Below are positions 61,124 to 64,000 of a DNA stretch of 64,000 nucleotides, piece after piece. Both the position numbers and the translations under genes were made by a program. The stretch lies in the NCBI GenBank assembly GCA_965198235.1, contig OZ240248.1, positions 4,480,001 to 4,544,000 on the forward strand, written 5' to 3'. Source of the stretch: Candidatus Poribacteria bacterium (lineage in GTDB: Bacteria > Poribacteria > WGA-4E > WGA-3G). Numbering within the stretch: position 1 is the stretch's first letter; the number at the start of each line of letters is the position of its first letter. Below the pieces are notes generated by a model that searched no databases, was not told where the DNA came from, and saw nothing but the letters and a program-made list of their open reading frames with translations.

Positions 61124-61332
61124 ATGAAGATTCAGAATTTAATTCGGTAATATGGGATGGTAATTGTCTGAATCGGGATAACCCCCCTCAAGAATCAACG
61201 GTATGAATGCCGTATGGCATTCCCCGCCCCTTATCAGGGGGACAGGCTTCTTCGATCTTTACAGGATTATAGAACCTTCTGGGTTGACAACTGTCCTTTA
61301 GAGAATTCCCGAAATATTTATTGAAACTTCAT
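61124..61332. mobile_element. MITE-like element, family B
   Basis: nearly the same terminal sequences as 14695-14832 but a different interior. Confidence 0.7.
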
Positions 61333-61387
61333 CCAAGCGCGCATCCTGAAAAAATACCAACACGAAGTATTTGGATGCCTCCAATCT

Positions 61388-62146
61388 TCAGAGCAAACGT
61401 GCTGTAAAATTAATCCGATCTGAATAGCGGTTCCAACGATTGAAGGTGTACATGTCGTAAGCACTCAATGGCTTGTAGCCAGTGCTCTTGAGCAGATCAT
61501 TGACGGTACTGACTTCAAAGATTCGTTGCTGGTGAATCTCTTCATAACGGCGAAACAGATCGCCCTCTCGGATAAAAAAGGTTAGGATCGTTCGACACAT
61601 CTTGGAGTGGTGGAGGTAATTGTTTTTCCAAATATAGGTATAATCATCATGATTTGACGCGAACGTTTTGTTGTGAAAATGCTCAACGATGTTCCGTTCC
61701 GTCGTCACATCAAAGATAAATAAGCCGTCGGGTTCGAGATGCTCGGTGACACACTGAAAAACGTTGCTTAATTCGGTTTCATCGTAAGCATAATTAATGC
61801 TATCGTAGGTGCAGAGGACCGCGTCAAAGCGTTGGTTGAGTTGGAACTCGCGCATGTCACCGTAATGGAGTTCAATGTTTACATCGTGCGCAGCGGCTTT
61901 TTCCTTCGCAAGGTCCAGCATACCAACTGCCCGGTCGACTCCAGTCATCTCATAGCCTTTCAATGCGAGTTCTATCGTCAAAGCACAGGTGCCACATGCT
62001 AAGTCAAGAACCGTGCGTGGTTTGCAATCATATTTGTCGAAAAGCGACTCAATGTAATGGGTCCAACGCGTGTAGTTGACGTTTGTCATCATCCTATCAT
62101 AGGCGTAGGCGAATTTCTCATAAGGGGGAGTTAGCTGTGTCCGCAT
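61388..62146 (-). CDS. class I SAM-dependent methyltransferase
   Basis: YD..M....Y..W, VLDLACGT, GDMR, DSINY, G.FIFD. Confidence 0.88.
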   Translation of the reverse strand: MRTQLTPPYEKFAYAYDRMMTNVNYTRWTHYIESLFDKYDCKPRTVLDLACGTCALTIELALKGYEMTGVDRAVGMLDLAKEKAAAHDVNIELHYGDMREFQLNQRFDAVLCTYDSINYAYDETELSNVFQCVTEHLEPDGLFIFDVTTERNIVEHFHNKTFASNHDDYTYIWKNNYLHHSKMCRTILTFFIREGDLFRRYEEIHQQRIFEVSTVNDLLKSTGYKPLSAYDMYTFNRWNRYSDRINFTARLL

Positions 62147-62180
62147 CGTTTAGGTGTCGCTTGCAAACCGATAGTGCAAG

Positions 62181-62570
62181 TTACTCGGTTCCTCCTTTAA
62201 CTCCAACAGAAGCGTTCATCATCCGAAGGAGTGTATTAATCTCATCGGCATCCCAAGATTCATCAGCGTTTGCTTCTATCGCATATCTACCAACGGCTCT
62301 GATTTTGCGGAGACTGATTTTCCCCGTAAGGAAACTAAATGGCAGTTGCATCCCAGCTGTTTTGACCCGATCAAACGTCGCTTCAATGTGATACCGATCT
62401 ACCCCTTCAGGGGCTTGTCGAATCAGTGCGTCCTTTACCATATCCGCGCCGAAACTAAATAATTCTTTGATGATAAACCATTGCAAAACTGCAAGGCACA
62501 CCGCAAGGATTAAGAGAACAGTCAAACCTTTGGCGATGTGCTGTCTCCACGTTCCTTTCTCAGCCGCCAT
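62181..62570 (-). CDS. hypothetical membrane-anchored protein
   Basis: GAGGTG RBS before MAAEKG; single TM helix. Confidence 0.55.
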   Translation of the reverse strand: MAAEKGTWRQHIAKGLTVLLILAVCLAVLQWFIIKELFSFGADMVKDALIRQAPEGVDRYHIEATFDRVKTAGMQLPFSFLTGKISLRKIRAVGRYAIEANADESWDADEINTLLRMMNASVGVKGGTE

Positions 62571-62701
62571 GTTCGATTCACCTCTGGGTTGAATTCTATG
62601 TTTAACCCTCATCTTAATACTTAAGACGGATGTTGTCAATAGATTTTTCTGTAGCACCGGCAAGGTTAGAACCTTACCTGCGAAACATATAGGGTAAAAA
62701 A

Positions 62702-63796
62702 ATGAAGATAGGCATTGTAGGCAGACCACAGGTCGGAAAAACGACGGTGTTTAATACCTTAGCCCAATCTAATGCAGAAATTGGGGGCTACACCAGTCGC
62801 GGGCAGATAAACCTGAGTACTGCCAACATCCCAGACGAACGCTTGGAACAGATAGCAAAGATATCCGAATCAAAAAAAACAACGCCCGCTACAATTGACT
62901 ATGTAGACGTTGCTGGGGTAACGAAATCGGACATGGAACAAGCAGCGTTAGATTCCGGGATGATCGCAGAACTCCGCACAGTTGATGCCCTTGCACATGT
63001 CGTTAGGCTTTTTGAAGACGAAACGGTTCCACACGTTGACGGAAGTGTTGACGCAGAACGCGATATTGAAAGTGTTGCCCTTGAGTTCGCATTGGCAGAT
63101 CTGCAGATCGTTGAAGGTAGACTTACCCGACTCCGTAAGCAATTTCAAAATCAGAAACTTCCGGAACAGCAAAGTGAAATTAAACTTTTAGAGGCGTGTC
63201 AGAAAACCCTTGAGGCTGGAAAACCGATCCGAATCCTTGACCTCTCTGCCAATGAAGAGAAGTTGATACGCGGTTACGGGTTTTTGACACAGAAACCGTT
63301 GCTGTTAGTCTGCAACATCGGTGAAACACAACTGGACGCGGCTGATGAAATTCTCGAACGCTTCACTAAACATGAAACGGAACCGCAAACGGCAGTCATA
63401 GTTCTCGCCGCACAATTAGAAATGGAGCTGTCCCAACTTGATGAAACGGATACCGAGATTTTCATGGAGGAAATGGGATTGCACGAATCTGCTTTAGAGC
63501 GGTTCATCCAGACTTCGTATCGGTTATTAGGGCTGCTAACGTTCTTTACAACGGGTCCAATCGAGACGCGAGCGTGGACACTGCGTGAGGGGCAAACTGC
63601 TGTCGAGGCAGCGGGACGTGTACACACCGATTTCGCAAAAGGTTTCATCCGTTCCGAAACAATTAATTGGGCTGACTTAGTAGCGTGTGGCAGCTATCCG
63701 CAGGCGCGTAGTAAAGGTTTGCTGAGAGCCGAGGGCAAAACCTATCAGGTCCAAGAGGGTGATGTTCTACTCATTCTGGCAAATCCGACTCACTAA
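62702..63796 (+). CDS. ychF: redox-regulated ATPase YchF
   Basis: GIVGRPQVGKTT, DVAG, LT.KP, LLTFFT.G..E.RAW, AAG.VHTDF.KGFI. Confidence 0.92.
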   Translation: MKIGIVGRPQVGKTTVFNTLAQSNAEIGGYTSRGQINLSTANIPDERLEQIAKISESKKTTPATIDYVDVAGVTKSDMEQAALDSGMIAELRTVDALAHVVRLFEDETVPHVDGSVDAERDIESVALEFALADLQIVEGRLTRLRKQFQNQKLPEQQSEIKLLEACQKTLEAGKPIRILDLSANEEKLIRGYGFLTQKPLLLVCNIGETQLDAADEILERFTKHETEPQTAVIVLAAQLEMELSQLDETDTEIFMEEMGLHESALERFIQTSYRLLGLLTFFTTGPIETRAWTLREGQTAVEAAGRVHTDFAKGFIRSETINWADLVACGSYPQARSKGLLRAEGKTYQVQEGDVLLILANPTH

Positions 63797-64000
63797 ACAC
63801 ATTATCCCGCAAATCAGCGATTGCCTCCATCATCTGATTGCCCATCTGTTGGTACATCTCGCGCCTCGTTTCAAATTCTTCGGTAGTGAGTTCAAGAGGG
63901 GCACCAAAGACGACAGTTAACTTTGACCGGCGCAGCCGTTTACTATTGCGCGGCAACATCCGTTCCGCACCCCTGTGGAAAACAGGAATAGTGGGTACAC
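63771..64000 (-). CDS. 3' end of a PlsC-like lysophospholipid acyltransferase (partial)
   Basis: VPTIPVFHRGAERMLP...LTVVFGAPL...MMEAI..L. Confidence 0.7.
   Translation of the reverse strand, partial: VPTIPVFHRGAERMLPRNSKRLRRSKLTVVFGAPLELTTEEFETRREMYQQMGNQMMEAIADLRDNVFSESDLPE

Overview
Bacterial chromosomal window of mostly housekeeping genes (ligA, uvrD-like, guaB-like, tsaC/tsaD, dprA, cysS, ispDF, radA, mlaEFD, dnaB, rplI-rpsR-ssb-rpsF, leuB, ychF) with accessory genes between them. A BMC shell gene with an aldehyde dehydrogenase, four PhyH-family dioxygenases, a WD40 remnant and dense palindromic intergenic repeats suggest the sponge symbiont Candidatus Poribacteria; this is an inference, since no rRNA is present. 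I saw no tRNA, rRNA, CRISPR array or prophage. Main observations: (1) a UvrD helicase carrying a degenerate RecJ-DHH domain with an intact DnaQ exonuclease nested inside it; (2) an IsrB/IscB (OMEGA) C-terminal remnant whose end hairpin sits just before the rpsR start codon; (3) modular intergenic repeats, in which inverted-repeat shells carry swappable REP-like cargo, and one family abuts the ATG of three housekeeping genes; (4) an ABC-ATPase plus PD-(D/E)XK nuclease pair that may be a defence system; (5) enzymes with altered catalytic motifs: an HxG PhyH, an IMPDH without the Arg-Tyr flap and a catalytically dead MDH; (6) several in-frame collapsed genes. All family assignments come from motif recognition by eye, not from database searches.
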